Of a stretch of DNA of 51,476 bases, positions 26,498 through 35,014 are shown piece by piece. Source of the stretch: a virus; the IMG/VR virus record IMGVR_UViG_3300001199_000009, positions 1 to 51,476 of that record; one strand, given 5' to 3'. The number at the start of each line of letters is the position of its first letter. Positions within the stretch are counted from its first letter, which is position 1. The notes under the pieces were generated by a model. The model saw nothing but the letters and a program-made list of their open reading frames with translations, did no database searches and was not told the origin of the DNA. The translations under genes and the position numbers were made by a program.

Positions 26498-26992
26498 CTA
26501 CTTTTCCTCGTCGTAGGGGGCCTTAAAAACAATAGAAATCAAGCTCTTTGGCACATTAAACTTACGTGCTAGCTCATGAATGGATTCTGTGTGGTTCTCG
26601 CTATTTAGAATGCGCCGTATCTCACCAGTCGGCATGATAAGATCAACCGCACACTTAAACGCCACATCATCCTTAGCCTTCCCAAGGTTTGTACTAAACA
26701 ATTCACTGACCGTAACCTTGTCCGCAATGGCGCCCTTGTGAATCATGTAGTGCGACAATAGAAAGCTCTTGATGAATCGAACTATAGGACTCTGTGGTGA
26801 AAACTCATCAGAAATTTTAATAAGCACCCCAATATCAGATACCAACATTTCGGCAATACAAGGCAAAGGCACGTCATACGAAACATTTATACCAACCTTT
26901 AGTAGCATCCCATCTATATTGATCGGTAAATCTTTTATAAAAGGCGACAACTTGTTGTAGAAATGACTTGGATATGGATAAATTTTATTCAT
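26498..26992 (-). CDS. ImmA/IrrE (DUF955)-like protein with a degenerate active site (HEXXH replaced by FLLSH)
   Basis: Aligns with 33152..33637: RFIKSFLLSHYMIH versus RFTIAHEIAHFVLH; AVDLIMP versus ATDILMP; ELARKFNVPKSLISIVF versus TLAEVFNVSNSAMSIRL. Confidence 0.55.
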   Translation of the reverse strand: MNKIYPYPSHFYNKLSPFIKDLPINIDGMLLKVGINVSYDVPLPCIAEMLVSDIGVLIKISDEFSPQSPIVRFIKSFLLSHYMIHKGAIADKVTVSELFSTNLGKAKDDVAFKCAVDLIMPTGEIRRILNSENHTESIHELARKFNVPKSLISIVFKAPYDEEK

Positions 26993-27019
26993 GATTTAAA
27001 ACCTTTCGTTTGGTTAATG

Positions 27020-27277
27020 CTATAACATCTCTTCTGCTTCTCCTGCTAGGACGTCGTTCAAAAAGGACTGCAACTCGTCCGCGTCTTCTTCTACACATAT
27101 AAAGGAGTATGTTTCATCATCTGAAAGAACAAAACTGTGCTCACGTTTATCATTCGTCTTACTCTCTTCTTTAATCACATACTGTGGATCAATATGCACC
27201 TTATCACTAGGGTGATACATTGCACCAACACCAATAATGGTGATGGCTATCGCTGATATTATCATAATTTTCTTCAT
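27020..27277 (-). CDS. Small signal-anchored or secreted acidic protein (85 aa)
   Basis: MKKIMIISAIAITIIGVGAM hydrophobic N-terminus and an acidic C-terminal half. Confidence 0.5.
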   Translation of the reverse strand: MKKIMIISAIAITIIGVGAMYHPSDKVHIDPQYVIKEESKTNDKREHSFVLSDDETYSFICVEEDADELQSFLNDVLAGEAEEML

Positions 27278-27293
27278 GGCTAGGTATCTTTCT

Positions 27294-27308
27294 ATGTCTT
27301 ATAGACAT
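27294..27308. promoter_or_regulatory. Perfect palindrome ATGTCT-TAT-AGACAT 17 nt upstream of the 85-aa gene (candidate operator)
   Basis: Read at 27294-27299 and 27303-27308. Confidence 0.25.
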
Positions 27309-27431
27309 TTTGCATAACATTCTTTATATACCTACACTAGAACTCTCCACATTAAATAACAACAACCTAGCCAGTTGAAATAATAAAAAATTTTCTAACA
27401 AAAGAAAGTCATGTACACAGAAATAGAAAAG

Positions 27432-27461
27432 TAGCTATCTAGAATTCTGTCCAGATAGCTA
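27432..27461 (-). terminator. Rho-independent-like terminator after the chaperonin gene (TAGCTATCT-N12-AGATAGCTA, then CTTTTCTATTT on the minus strand)
   Basis: 9-bp perfect stem read directly. A T-rich tract follows on the coding strand, 12 nt after the stop. Confidence 0.5.
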
Positions 27462-27472
27462 TCTATACGGGC

Positions 27473-29152
27473 CTACATGCCCATGCCAGGAAGGCCATTC
27501 ATTAAAGAAGAACGATCAGGCATTTTGCCCGTTCCTACAATCGCCTCTGTTGTCATAATCATGGATGAAACAGAAATAGCGTCTTTAAGAGCCGTTGTGA
27601 TCACAAAAGTAGGATCAATAATTCCCTCCAGCAAAAGGTTGACCTCATTGCCCGTTGAGCTATCAAAACCAAACGAAGAATAATTTACCTCTGCTTCACA
27701 CATGTAATAAGAGAAAAGTTTTTCGCTTGGATCAAAACCCGCATTGATCAGTATCTGAAAACACGGCTGCTCAATACCCGCAAGCACTATGTCAAATCCT
27801 GCTATCCAACCTGCACGGGAATGATCAAGGGGTGCCTCTTGCTTGAAGATACTCTCCCTATTAGCTTCAAGGGTTTGAGCTGCCTTCAATAAAGCAAATC
27901 CACCACCTGGGCTAATACCCTCTTTAAAAGCCGCCTTAACCGCATTAATAGCATCCTCAACGCGATCATACAGTTCAAGCCTTTCTACCTCTGTGGGAGC
28001 CCCCACGCGCAAGCTAGCAATACCTGTATCCAAACTTCCTAAACGCTTATCCAAATATTCTCGTGTTGAAGCGTCCTGGCACTTTTCAATGCTGTCGCGT
28101 ACTTGCTGGGCCCTCACCTGGCATTCTTCAGGATTGCCCTGGCCATTCACAATAAGAGTGGATATTTCATCAATAACACAACGATCAGCTTGGCCTAACA
28201 TATCAAGCGTGATTTTCTCGGGCTTAATACCTGATGCCATACTTAAATAGCGTGCACCCGTAATGGCCGCAATGTCCTTCAATAATTCCGTTCTCTTCTC
28301 GCCAGAATAGGGGGCATTCACCGGACATGTTTTTACTGCATGGCGATTGGCAATAAGCATAGCTAAGCCCTCGCCATCTATTTCATCACAGATGATAAGT
28401 AATGAACGTCCAGTATCTTTTACCGCAGACACAAGGTTGGCAAACGGTTTGAAAACAGGAATCTTTTCATTCCATATAAGAATATAAGGATTTTCCAACA
28501 AACATGTCTCGTTTGGCTGGTTCATAAAATAAACGCTACTCCAACCTTTGCTTATCTGACAGCCGCGGATAATCTCTAAATGTGATTTTGGAAAGTCTGA
28601 ATGAGCCAGCGTGATCACACCATCTTGGCCAACGTTTTGAACAGCCTCAACTAAAAGGGCGCCAATGTGCTTGTCTCCATTACACGCAAGGGTGCCAACT
28701 GATAAAATTTGTTCGTCGTTCTCAATGCTTAAAGAGCGGCTGCGCAATAAATCAACAACTCGACCCTCCGCCGCTTTCATGCCGCGCCCCAGGTCAATTG
28801 GGCTATAACCCGCTGTTAAAAGCTTGTAGCCCTCTTGAATAAATTTTTGCGCTAGAACAGTGGCTGTTGTGGTGCCATCACCCGCTAATTTGGCTGTCTT
28901 GGCCGCCGCCTCACGCACAATTTGAATGCCAATATTGATATCACTATCGTCTGTATCTTCAATATGATTAGCTACCGTTACACCGTCCTTCGTCATACGA
29001 GGGGGGCCTCCCCACGGATTCTTAATGGCCACATTGCGACCCCGTGGCCCAAGAGTGGTTTTAACAGCGTTAGCTAATAAATTAACCCCTTCCATCATTT
29101 TTGAGCGCGCTTGAATCCCAAGTAATACAGAGGAATTTTTATGTGTTGTCAT
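27473..29152 (-). CDS. groEL: GroEL/Cpn60 family chaperonin (559 aa), divergent phage-borne copy
   Basis: [20 protein letters not shown] (nucleotide-binding loop), [20 protein letters not shown] (GroEL [20 protein letters not shown]), apical GWSSVYF (GroEL GYLSPYF), C-terminal GLPGMGM tail. Confidence 0.92.
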   Translation of the reverse strand: MTTHKNSSVLLGIQARSKMMEGVNLLANAVKTTLGPRGRNVAIKNPWGGPPRMTKDGVTVANHIEDTDDSDINIGIQIVREAAAKTAKLAGDGTTTATVLAQKFIQEGYKLLTAGYSPIDLGRGMKAAEGRVVDLLRSRSLSIENDEQILSVGTLACNGDKHIGALLVEAVQNVGQDGVITLAHSDFPKSHLEIIRGCQISKGWSSVYFMNQPNETCLLENPYILIWNEKIPVFKPFANLVSAVKDTGRSLLIICDEIDGEGLAMLIANRHAVKTCPVNAPYSGEKRTELLKDIAAITGARYLSMASGIKPEKITLDMLGQADRCVIDEISTLIVNGQGNPEECQVRAQQVRDSIEKCQDASTREYLDKRLGSLDTGIASLRVGAPTEVERLELYDRVEDAINAVKAAFKEGISPGGGFALLKAAQTLEANRESIFKQEAPLDHSRAGWIAGFDIVLAGIEQPCFQILINAGFDPSEKLFSYYMCEAEVNYSSFGFDSSTGNEVNLLLEGIIDPTFVITTALKDAISVSSMIMTTEAIVGTGKMPDRSSLMNGLPGMGM

Positions 29153-29184
29153 ACCTACCTACAATGTTTGTGTTGATGCCTCCT

Positions 29185-29212
29185 ATCATTCCACAGCTTG
29201 AATGTAAGTCAA
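29185..29212 (-). promoter_or_regulatory. Candidate sigma-70-type promoter for the chaperonin gene: TTGACT-16 nt-(TGg)AATGAT
   Basis: Minus-strand -35 at 29207-29212 and an extended -10 at 29185-29190, about 30 nt upstream of the ATG. Pattern match only. Confidence 0.3.
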
Positions 29213-29514
29213 AGTGCGAACCCTCGCACCACGTCATGTCTAGCATCTATCATCAAGATCAAGAAGTATGCTTTTTCTAGCAAGAGCACATCTTTTCTGA
29301 ATTCTACTCCCAAATGGCCTAACTAATTTGGAGGGACATAACCAAATTGCCTATGAAAATCATGTATTTACACCTACACACAAATGATCTATACTTGTTA
29401 TTAACGATGTGAGAGTAATATAGCCAACCTAAGAAGAGTACCTAATGAATGGACGATATGTAGTATACTTATATCTGATAGTGCAAACACTCATTTTAGT
29501 AAAGTTCGGAATGA

Positions 29515-30597
29515 ATGGCAGCTAATCCTTCGTTTGTTAAGCATGATAGCTCTGAGAGAAACACCGAATCTGTTCGTATTTTTCAAGAAATCTTAAAACT
29601 CAAAAAACAAATCCACTTTGATGTCATAAAAAACAAATTTAACGGAACCATAAGAAATTTGTTTTGTAATTGGACATATCAATTGGGAATGGGAATACGC
29701 CGTGAACGCGACTTACATGCTCACTCCATCGGCAAACAATTTAGATTAACTCAATGGCACGCTGAGCTCTACTGTCTTTCAAAGAACTACGACGAATGCG
29801 CCGTTCAACTACTCGATAATTTTCACTTTCAACACAAATCACTCTTCCAAGTCGTTCAAAACGTCCCTGTGGGGACCTCTGCACTTGTATGGAAAGAAAT
29901 AGAGAAACACATAGAAAATCTCGTCAATATCCACAGGCCCTCTGTCTTCTATTGTGTTAGCATTTACAAAAGATACTATCGAATCCCTCTAAACGACCTC
30001 ATTCAAGTGGCATGGATGGTTTTAGTTGAATCTATCCAACACTATGACGTTGAGATGGGTGTGCCTTTTATCACCTACTATATGATACGCATCAAAGTGT
30101 ATCTCAGGCGCGCCTATACCAACTCGTGTGATATTATCTTGCGTGATGATGAATTCCTGCAATTTGCCAAACTTCAATACCTGCTTGAGAAAAACAATGA
30201 GGACCCAACCAACCCATCGTTTATCAAACGATGTAAAGCTCTCTTTAACGTGGATGATGTGGGGGCCCTTGTCGAAGATCATTTGATGAAATACAGCGCA
30301 ATGAATATGGCGGACATATCCAAGTTGCCTAACATTTCAATTCAAGATGAATCCAGAAACGGAACGTTTGAAGAGAAAAACGAAATTAAAAGCCGTGATA
30401 AAGCACTTATGACAGCAATTAACCAACTAGATGAAACAACACGTGAGATTCTTTTGATGAACTTTGGGTTTAAAGATGAACGCCACTATAATCGAGAGGA
30501 AATTGCCCTCAAGCTTAAAATACCCGTGTGTCGGGTGAGGGCTTTGAAAAATGCAGCCCTAGAAAAACTCAAGGAGTTAATGGAAAACCCATGGTAG
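29515..30597 (+). CDS. Sigma-70 family RNA polymerase sigma factor (360 aa)
   Basis: Region 2: DLIQVAWMVLVESIQHYDVEMGVPFITYYMIRIKVYLRRAY (cf. DLIQEGNIGLMKAVDKFD...F.TYA.WWIRQAI.R). Region 4: REILLMNFGF...REEIALKLKIPVCRVRALKNAALEKLK. Confidence 0.85.
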   Translation: MAANPSFVKHDSSERNTESVRIFQEILKLKKQIHFDVIKNKFNGTIRNLFCNWTYQLGMGIRRERDLHAHSIGKQFRLTQWHAELYCLSKNYDECAVQLLDNFHFQHKSLFQVVQNVPVGTSALVWKEIEKHIENLVNIHRPSVFYCVSIYKRYYRIPLNDLIQVAWMVLVESIQHYDVEMGVPFITYYMIRIKVYLRRAYTNSCDIILRDDEFLQFAKLQYLLEKNNEDPTNPSFIKRCKALFNVDDVGALVEDHLMKYSAMNMADISKLPNISIQDESRNGTFEEKNEIKSRDKALMTAINQLDETTREILLMNFGFKDERHYNREEIALKLKIPVCRVRALKNAALEKLKELMENPW

Positions 30598-31106
30598 ATT
30601 ATCAAATCGATCACCAAATCGAATCAATCATTTTAACACTTCAAAAGTTCCCCCCTATTAATATTATTGAGGTAGCACGCCTCGTTGGAATCGGGGTACA
30701 AGAAGACCCTAACCCACCTGAAATGATTAAAAGAAGTAGGGGGAAATCTTGGGGACGTATCGTAATGTACCCCTTCCCCATCATTTACTACAATAAAGAA
30801 GTATTACCACCCAATAAAATAAAGTTTGTTGTTGCAACACTTCTTAGCTACTGGGTCATTTTTAATGACAGACTTAAAAAAACAAATGGTTGTGAGTTCT
30901 ATCGCCTGTTTTGGTCGGAGCATTTCAAGAATGAAAAAGAAAGAAAAAAGGCTCTTAGGTATGCGGCAGACCTTCTTGTGCCCAAGCAAGCATTGAAAGA
31001 AATACTCCGTGTTAACACATTTGACGGCGACATAAATACTATGGCAAAGTATTTTGGAGTCCAACCTTCTTTAATATCTATAGTCTTAGGAATACCATAT
31101 GAATGA
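30591..31106 (+). CDS. ImmA/IrrE (DUF955)-like protein with a fully degenerate active site (HEXXH replaced by TLLSY), translationally coupled to the sigma factor gene
   Basis: ATG 30591 overlaps the sigma stop (ATGGTAG). KFVVATLLSYWVIF versus RFTIAHEIAHFVLH; AADLLVP versus ATDILMP; MAKYFGVQPSLISIVLGIPYE versus LAEVFNVSNSAMSIRLGVPFE. Confidence 0.55.
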   Translation: MVDYQIDHQIESIILTLQKFPPINIIEVARLVGIGVQEDPNPPEMIKRSRGKSWGRIVMYPFPIIYYNKEVLPPNKIKFVVATLLSYWVIFNDRLKKTNGCEFYRLFWSEHFKNEKERKKALRYAADLLVPKQALKEILRVNTFDGDINTMAKYFGVQPSLISIVLGIPYE

Positions 31107-31602
31107 AAATATTTGTCCCACCCCTTCGCTTGTCCGTAAGTTGACGCAAGAAGATTGCGGATTTGCTAAAACTGTATTTAACTCTAACTTTAGACGCATC
31201 ATTGATACGTCGTCCTGTCTGATGGCCGATACTTACTTTAATGCCAAAAGAGAAAACAATGTAAGCAACCTCACTGATACCTTTTGGTTTGATGCTCATA
31301 ATACATGTCATAGCACCTACAATAGGCTGCCTATGGTGTATGGCTTCATCAACATGGTCAACAAACACATAAGCGATGGAACCGAAGGAATTAATTTGCT
31401 TGATCGAGATAATCCCTACTACCTCAAAGAGGCTACAACATCATCTAAAAAAACAATCTGTGAATCCTTCAACCAATTGATTGATTTTTTTGAAGAAGTT
31501 AACGTACTGACGAAAAATGCTGAAACAAATTCGTTTGGTACCAACAGGAATTACATATCCTATACAATGGAAGGCTATGTAAGATTTAAGATAATTAAAT
31601 AA
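31099..31602 (+). CDS. Hypothetical protein (167 aa)
   Basis: Start overlaps the upstream gene end by 8 nt. No motif recognised. Confidence 0.5.
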   Translation: MNENICPTPSLVRKLTQEDCGFAKTVFNSNFRRIIDTSSCLMADTYFNAKRENNVSNLTDTFWFDAHNTCHSTYNRLPMVYGFINMVNKHISDGTEGINLLDRDNPYYLKEATTSSKKTICESFNQLIDFFEEVNVLTKNAETNSFGTNRNYISYTMEGYVRFKIIK

Positions 31603-31628
31603 CATAAACATAACGAAAGGATAACGAA

Positions 31629-32057
31629 ATGATTTCACCCTCAATATCACCACTGGAGATGAAAAAACGTATTGATGCAGGTCAAGTATGGGTGCCTATT
31701 AGAAAAGCTGAAATGATAGATCCTGGGGCCATTACAGGATACGAGGACGTGCAAAAAGTTTCTTGGTATCAAGGTGAGGAACCTTCACCATTTGACCTTG
31801 GCCTAGATGTTGGCGTTGTAAAATTGACATGCACTGTTAGAACAACAGTGGAAGGCGAAAAGACCATGACACACTTTGATCCATGCACGCCTATTTCAAC
31901 ATTCTATGGACTCATCACAGAAGATTGTGAGCGTTACGTGGGAACATGTGAATCATGTGAATCAACTGCGAATGTAACTGAGGAGGCTACTACGCCTTGT
32001 GAAGAAGCAGCCGTAGAAGAAACAGAGGCAACGGAACAAGTACCAGCGTCTGTATAA
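31629..32057 (+). CDS. Hypothetical protein (142 aa), Cys-containing with an acidic tail
   Basis: AAAGGA SD 7 nt upstream. No motif recognised. Confidence 0.5.
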   Translation: MISPSISPLEMKKRIDAGQVWVPIRKAEMIDPGAITGYEDVQKVSWYQGEEPSPFDLGLDVGVVKLTCTVRTTVEGEKTMTHFDPCTPISTFYGLITEDCERYVGTCESCESTANVTEEATTPCEEAAVEETEATEQVPASV

Positions 32058-32115
32058 ACGGGGGGGACGATTTGTCCCCTACCCTTCAACTAAACTTTAA
32101 ATAGGAGTCTACCCA

Positions 32116-33120
32116 ATGAAAAAACTTTTACTACTAGGAACAGCCGTTCTTGTAACAAACCATGCTTTTGCTTCATCCGATGAAGGAAGCGAACAAAAAA
32201 AACCAATAGGTTCGATTTCTCGCGCCCAGTCTTTCTATTCCCCTGCTCCGGAAGGAGATAGCGGTCGTATGCTCCCTCGTGGCCAAAGAATAGCAAACCC
32301 AATAGAATCGGGCTTCATTGCCCCTTTTAATTCGCCTGCGCCTGCTCGCGCCCCTTCTGAAACCCCTGATCCCAGCCACTCAGATGATGAAAGAAGAATC
32401 ATAATAGAAGTCAGTCGTCTTACCACTACGTTTCAAAATTTGGTGAATCAAGCTATCAGCATTCGGAGCGTATCTTGTATTGAGGCACTCCAAGATTGGA
32501 GCAGGAAACTTGCTCGCTTTCATCCTGATAATACTTTAAATGCTCTAACAGATGGACGTTATGCTAACTGGGGTTCTGTTTACGATGAAGCGGAACTGCT
32601 CAAAACCTGCGACAAATTCGTAACCCAAAAATATAACGAGCAAACATCAACAATCTTTAAGTTTATATCTCTTCTAGAAAGAGCTATAGATATAAAGAAT
32701 TTCTATGTTATTAGCAATCTTCGTCATTGGTGCGAAGGCCAAGAAGTAAAGAACAACATTATACAATTCACAAGAAGACAGTTTAAATCTTGGAATGATG
32801 TGTTGCATGAAGCAGGTTTTAACGACCGTGCGCTCAATGATGCCACGTACCGAACTGAAATATACGCGGGCCAAAACATTAGCCATCTCGTTAATGAATT
32901 TATAGAAAAGCCGTTTGGAAATGAACCTGAAACAGTCAATCTATTTATATCTCTCGTTCAAAGAGCTGTGATCACACACAATAAAGACATTCTATTTAAG
33001 CTTCGTGATTGGCTGGAAGTGACAGACCCAGAAACAGGCGATTCCATTCAAACCTTTACAAAAGGACTTTATAGGCGATGGAGTGACTTGTTTGATATGT
33101 GCAAATCCTCACATGAGTAG
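32116..33120 (+). CDS. Secreted protein (334 aa) with three ~70-aa internal repeats
   Basis: Sec signal MKKLLLLGTAVLVTNHAFA-SS. Repeats around FQNLVNQAISIRS...LQDWSRKL...YANWGSVYDEA / FKFISLLERAIDIKN...LRHWCEG...FKSWNDVLHEA / VNLFISLVQRAVITHN...LRDWLEV...YRRWSDLFDMC. Confidence 0.65.
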   Translation: MKKLLLLGTAVLVTNHAFASSDEGSEQKKPIGSISRAQSFYSPAPEGDSGRMLPRGQRIANPIESGFIAPFNSPAPARAPSETPDPSHSDDERRIIIEVSRLTTTFQNLVNQAISIRSVSCIEALQDWSRKLARFHPDNTLNALTDGRYANWGSVYDEAELLKTCDKFVTQKYNEQTSTIFKFISLLERAIDIKNFYVISNLRHWCEGQEVKNNIIQFTRRQFKSWNDVLHEAGFNDRALNDATYRTEIYAGQNISHLVNEFIEKPFGNEPETVNLFISLVQRAVITHNKDILFKLRDWLEVTDPETGDSIQTFTKGLYRRWSDLFDMCKSSHE

Positions 33121-33151
33121 GTGAGTATATATACCCTTGAGTCTTACAAGC

Positions 33152-33637
33152 TCAAGGGTACACCACCTTTGACTCAAATGGCACACCAAGCCTGATTGAC
33201 ATGGCACTGTTAGAAACATTGAACACCTCAGCAAGTGTTTCTATTGTTTCAATGTTCTGCCTTATAGCCTCATTAACCAAATCCCAAGGCATTAAAATGT
33301 CCGTAGCATAAGAATTAGCCTGTGTTTCAACTAAATTAGTTAAACCACTCCTATAAAGTGCGTCATCAATTATTTCATCCTTAATCAAATTACTATGAAG
33401 TACAAAATGGGCAATCTCGTGAGCAATTGTAAATCTTTGCCTGACTTTTGAATGATCAGCATTGATATAAATCACAAAACCATTCTCTTCTTTGGTGAGT
33501 TTGCCAGAAAGTTCTTTAGGCCAATCCTTTACAGTAAAAACCACTAGCCCCATATCACGAGCAATTTTCACAACAGGAACAGGCCATTTACTCTGATGTT
33601 TTGCAATGATTTCTTGCGCTTTGTCTAGCCTAATCAT
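33152..33637 (-). CDS. ImmA/IrrE family (DUF955) zinc metallopeptidase with an intact HEXXH
   Basis: FTIAHEIAHFVLH motif, downstream E..AN.YA.DILMP block and typical size of about 160 aa. Confidence 0.75.
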   Translation of the reverse strand: MIRLDKAQEIIAKHQSKWPVPVVKIARDMGLVVFTVKDWPKELSGKLTKEENGFVIYINADHSKVRQRFTIAHEIAHFVLHSNLIKDEIIDDALYRSGLTNLVETQANSYATDILMPWDLVNEAIRQNIETIETLAEVFNVSNSAMSIRLGVPFESKVVYP

Positions 33638-33646
33638 TTACCTGTC

Positions 33647-34450
33647 TTATGATTTCTGCGACTGAACCGACAACAATTTTCCATCATCGTCATGCGCTCG
33701 TGTAAGCCACCCGTGAAGGTATTTTCGCATCTTGGGATTCTTCTTTGTCACTGATAGATAATGACTCATCATGGCTATTCTTAGCTCAATCATCATATGA
33801 AGGGGATCAGCTTTGTTAGTAAGCTCAATCAACTTTTCAATCGGGGCGTTGTTAAGATCGATATTTTTTCCGGTGTCCTCCAGCTCTTCCTCAAGTGCTT
33901 TCCTCCAAATGCGCAACCCACCTTCCACACCAAACTGAACAACCATATCAAGAAGCTTGTGTTGCAGCTCTTCTTTAGCCACATCTTCAAGAGATGCTTT
34001 GTGCCAAAAATCCCTGTAATAGATGGCTGAAATATCATTTAACGTGAGGTTCTTTATGTCTAAATTGGGATAAGAACGTTTAGAAACTCCAAACTTTGTC
34101 TCACCGCCAGGGTCGTCCGGATCATTCACATAACCACCCTCATGCTTAAGAACTCTAACCAATGACCTTTGAAAATCAACGGACTTCTTAAAATCTAAAT
34201 CAATCTTATCTCGTACTTTATTGGCGTCGGTCAACACATCACTTGGACGAAGAGCTTCGTGTTCACATCCCTGTCGGCATAACCCTTGGTGAGACTGCAC
34301 GGAAGGTGGAGTATTAACCTCCGATCTATTTTGTAAGATCATAAATAATATCACAAAAAATGCAGCAAATATAGCTGTTATAGCTGTTAGAACAATGAAA
34401 ATCCTATAGCGATTAAAGAATCTTTTTGTTTTTTTAGACCAATTAAACAT
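33647..34450 (-). CDS. Membrane-anchored glycoside hydrolase family 108 muramidase (putative endolysin)
   Basis: VLKHEGGYVNDPDDPGGETKFGV matches the GH108 signature (EGGY.ndp.D.GG.T..Gi). N-terminal TM IFIVLTAITAIFAAFFVILFMIL. AAGGAG SD lies 6 nt before ATG 34450 (track start 34468 is a TTG). Confidence 0.8.
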   Translation of the reverse strand: MFNWSKKTKRFFNRYRIFIVLTAITAIFAAFFVILFMILQNRSEVNTPPSVQSHQGLCRQGCEHEALRPSDVLTDANKVRDKIDLDFKKSVDFQRSLVRVLKHEGGYVNDPDDPGGETKFGVSKRSYPNLDIKNLTLNDISAIYYRDFWHKASLEDVAKEELQHKLLDMVVQFGVEGGLRIWRKALEEELEDTGKNIDLNNAPIEKLIELTNKADPLHMMIELRIAMMSHYLSVTKKNPKMRKYLHGWLTRAHDDDGKLLSVQSQKS

Positions 34451-34464
34451 GAGGCTCTCCTTAA

Positions 34465-34929
34465 TCAAAAGGGTATATCATCATCTTCAGCTGTTGGCTT
34501 GGACGGATCAAAAGTCTTTTGCTCCAACTTTACTTCTACTGGCTTGTCCTCTAAAGCATCTGTTGATTCCGCAACGTCAGGTCGACTGTCCAACAAAAGA
34601 ATATCACCTCTAAAACGACCAATAATAATTTCCGTGGAATAACGATCTACACCCGAATTGTCTGTCCATTTACGTGTTTGTAACTGGCCCTCAACATAAA
34701 TACGAGAACCACTACGCACAAAACGATCAATGACATCCACAATACGGTCGTTCATCACCACTATACGGTGCCATTCTGTCTTAGATTTGCGTTCACCTGT
34801 GACCTTGTCTTTCCATAATTCACTGGTAGCTAGGGAGAAATTGGCGATCTGTGAGCCATCCTTCGTAAAGCTAATCTTGGGTGACTGCCCAACATTCCCT
34901 ATTAATGTAACCTTATTTAAACTTGACAT
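34465..34929 (-). CDS. ssb: Single-stranded DNA-binding protein
   Basis: NKVTLIGNVGQSPK...TEWHRIVVMNDRIVDVIDRFVRSGSRIYVEGQLQTRKWTD OB-fold pattern and a canonical acidic tail ending DDDIPF. Confidence 0.92.
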   Translation of the reverse strand: MSSLNKVTLIGNVGQSPKISFTKDGSQIANFSLATSELWKDKVTGERKSKTEWHRIVVMNDRIVDVIDRFVRSGSRIYVEGQLQTRKWTDNSGVDRYSTEIIIGRFRGDILLLDSRPDVAESTDALEDKPVEVKLEQKTFDPSKPTAEDDDIPF

Positions 34930-35014
34930 TATTATTAATCCTTTTCACTAAATAGAATCCGTTTAGAACCATATTATGGTTCATTGTATATCTTTAAAAT
35001 CAAATGTGTATATA

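Noticed and set aside
25462-26516. Plus-strand ORFs 25462..25671, 25690..25917, 25989..26195 and 26214..26516
   Set aside because: These are shadow ORFs on the antisense strand of the LRR genes. Their repetitive translations (MVVTLQSGLKSIC...) only mirror the LRR DNA repeats, and none has an SD.
29153-29514. Heat-shock control elements upstream of groEL (CIRCE inverted repeat, sigma-32-type promoter)
   Set aside because: No TTAGCACTC-N9-GAGTGCTAA-like inverted repeat is present. A CTTGAA...CCCTCGCA match lies on the plus strand, the wrong orientation for groEL, with 18-nt spacing, so it is not convincing.
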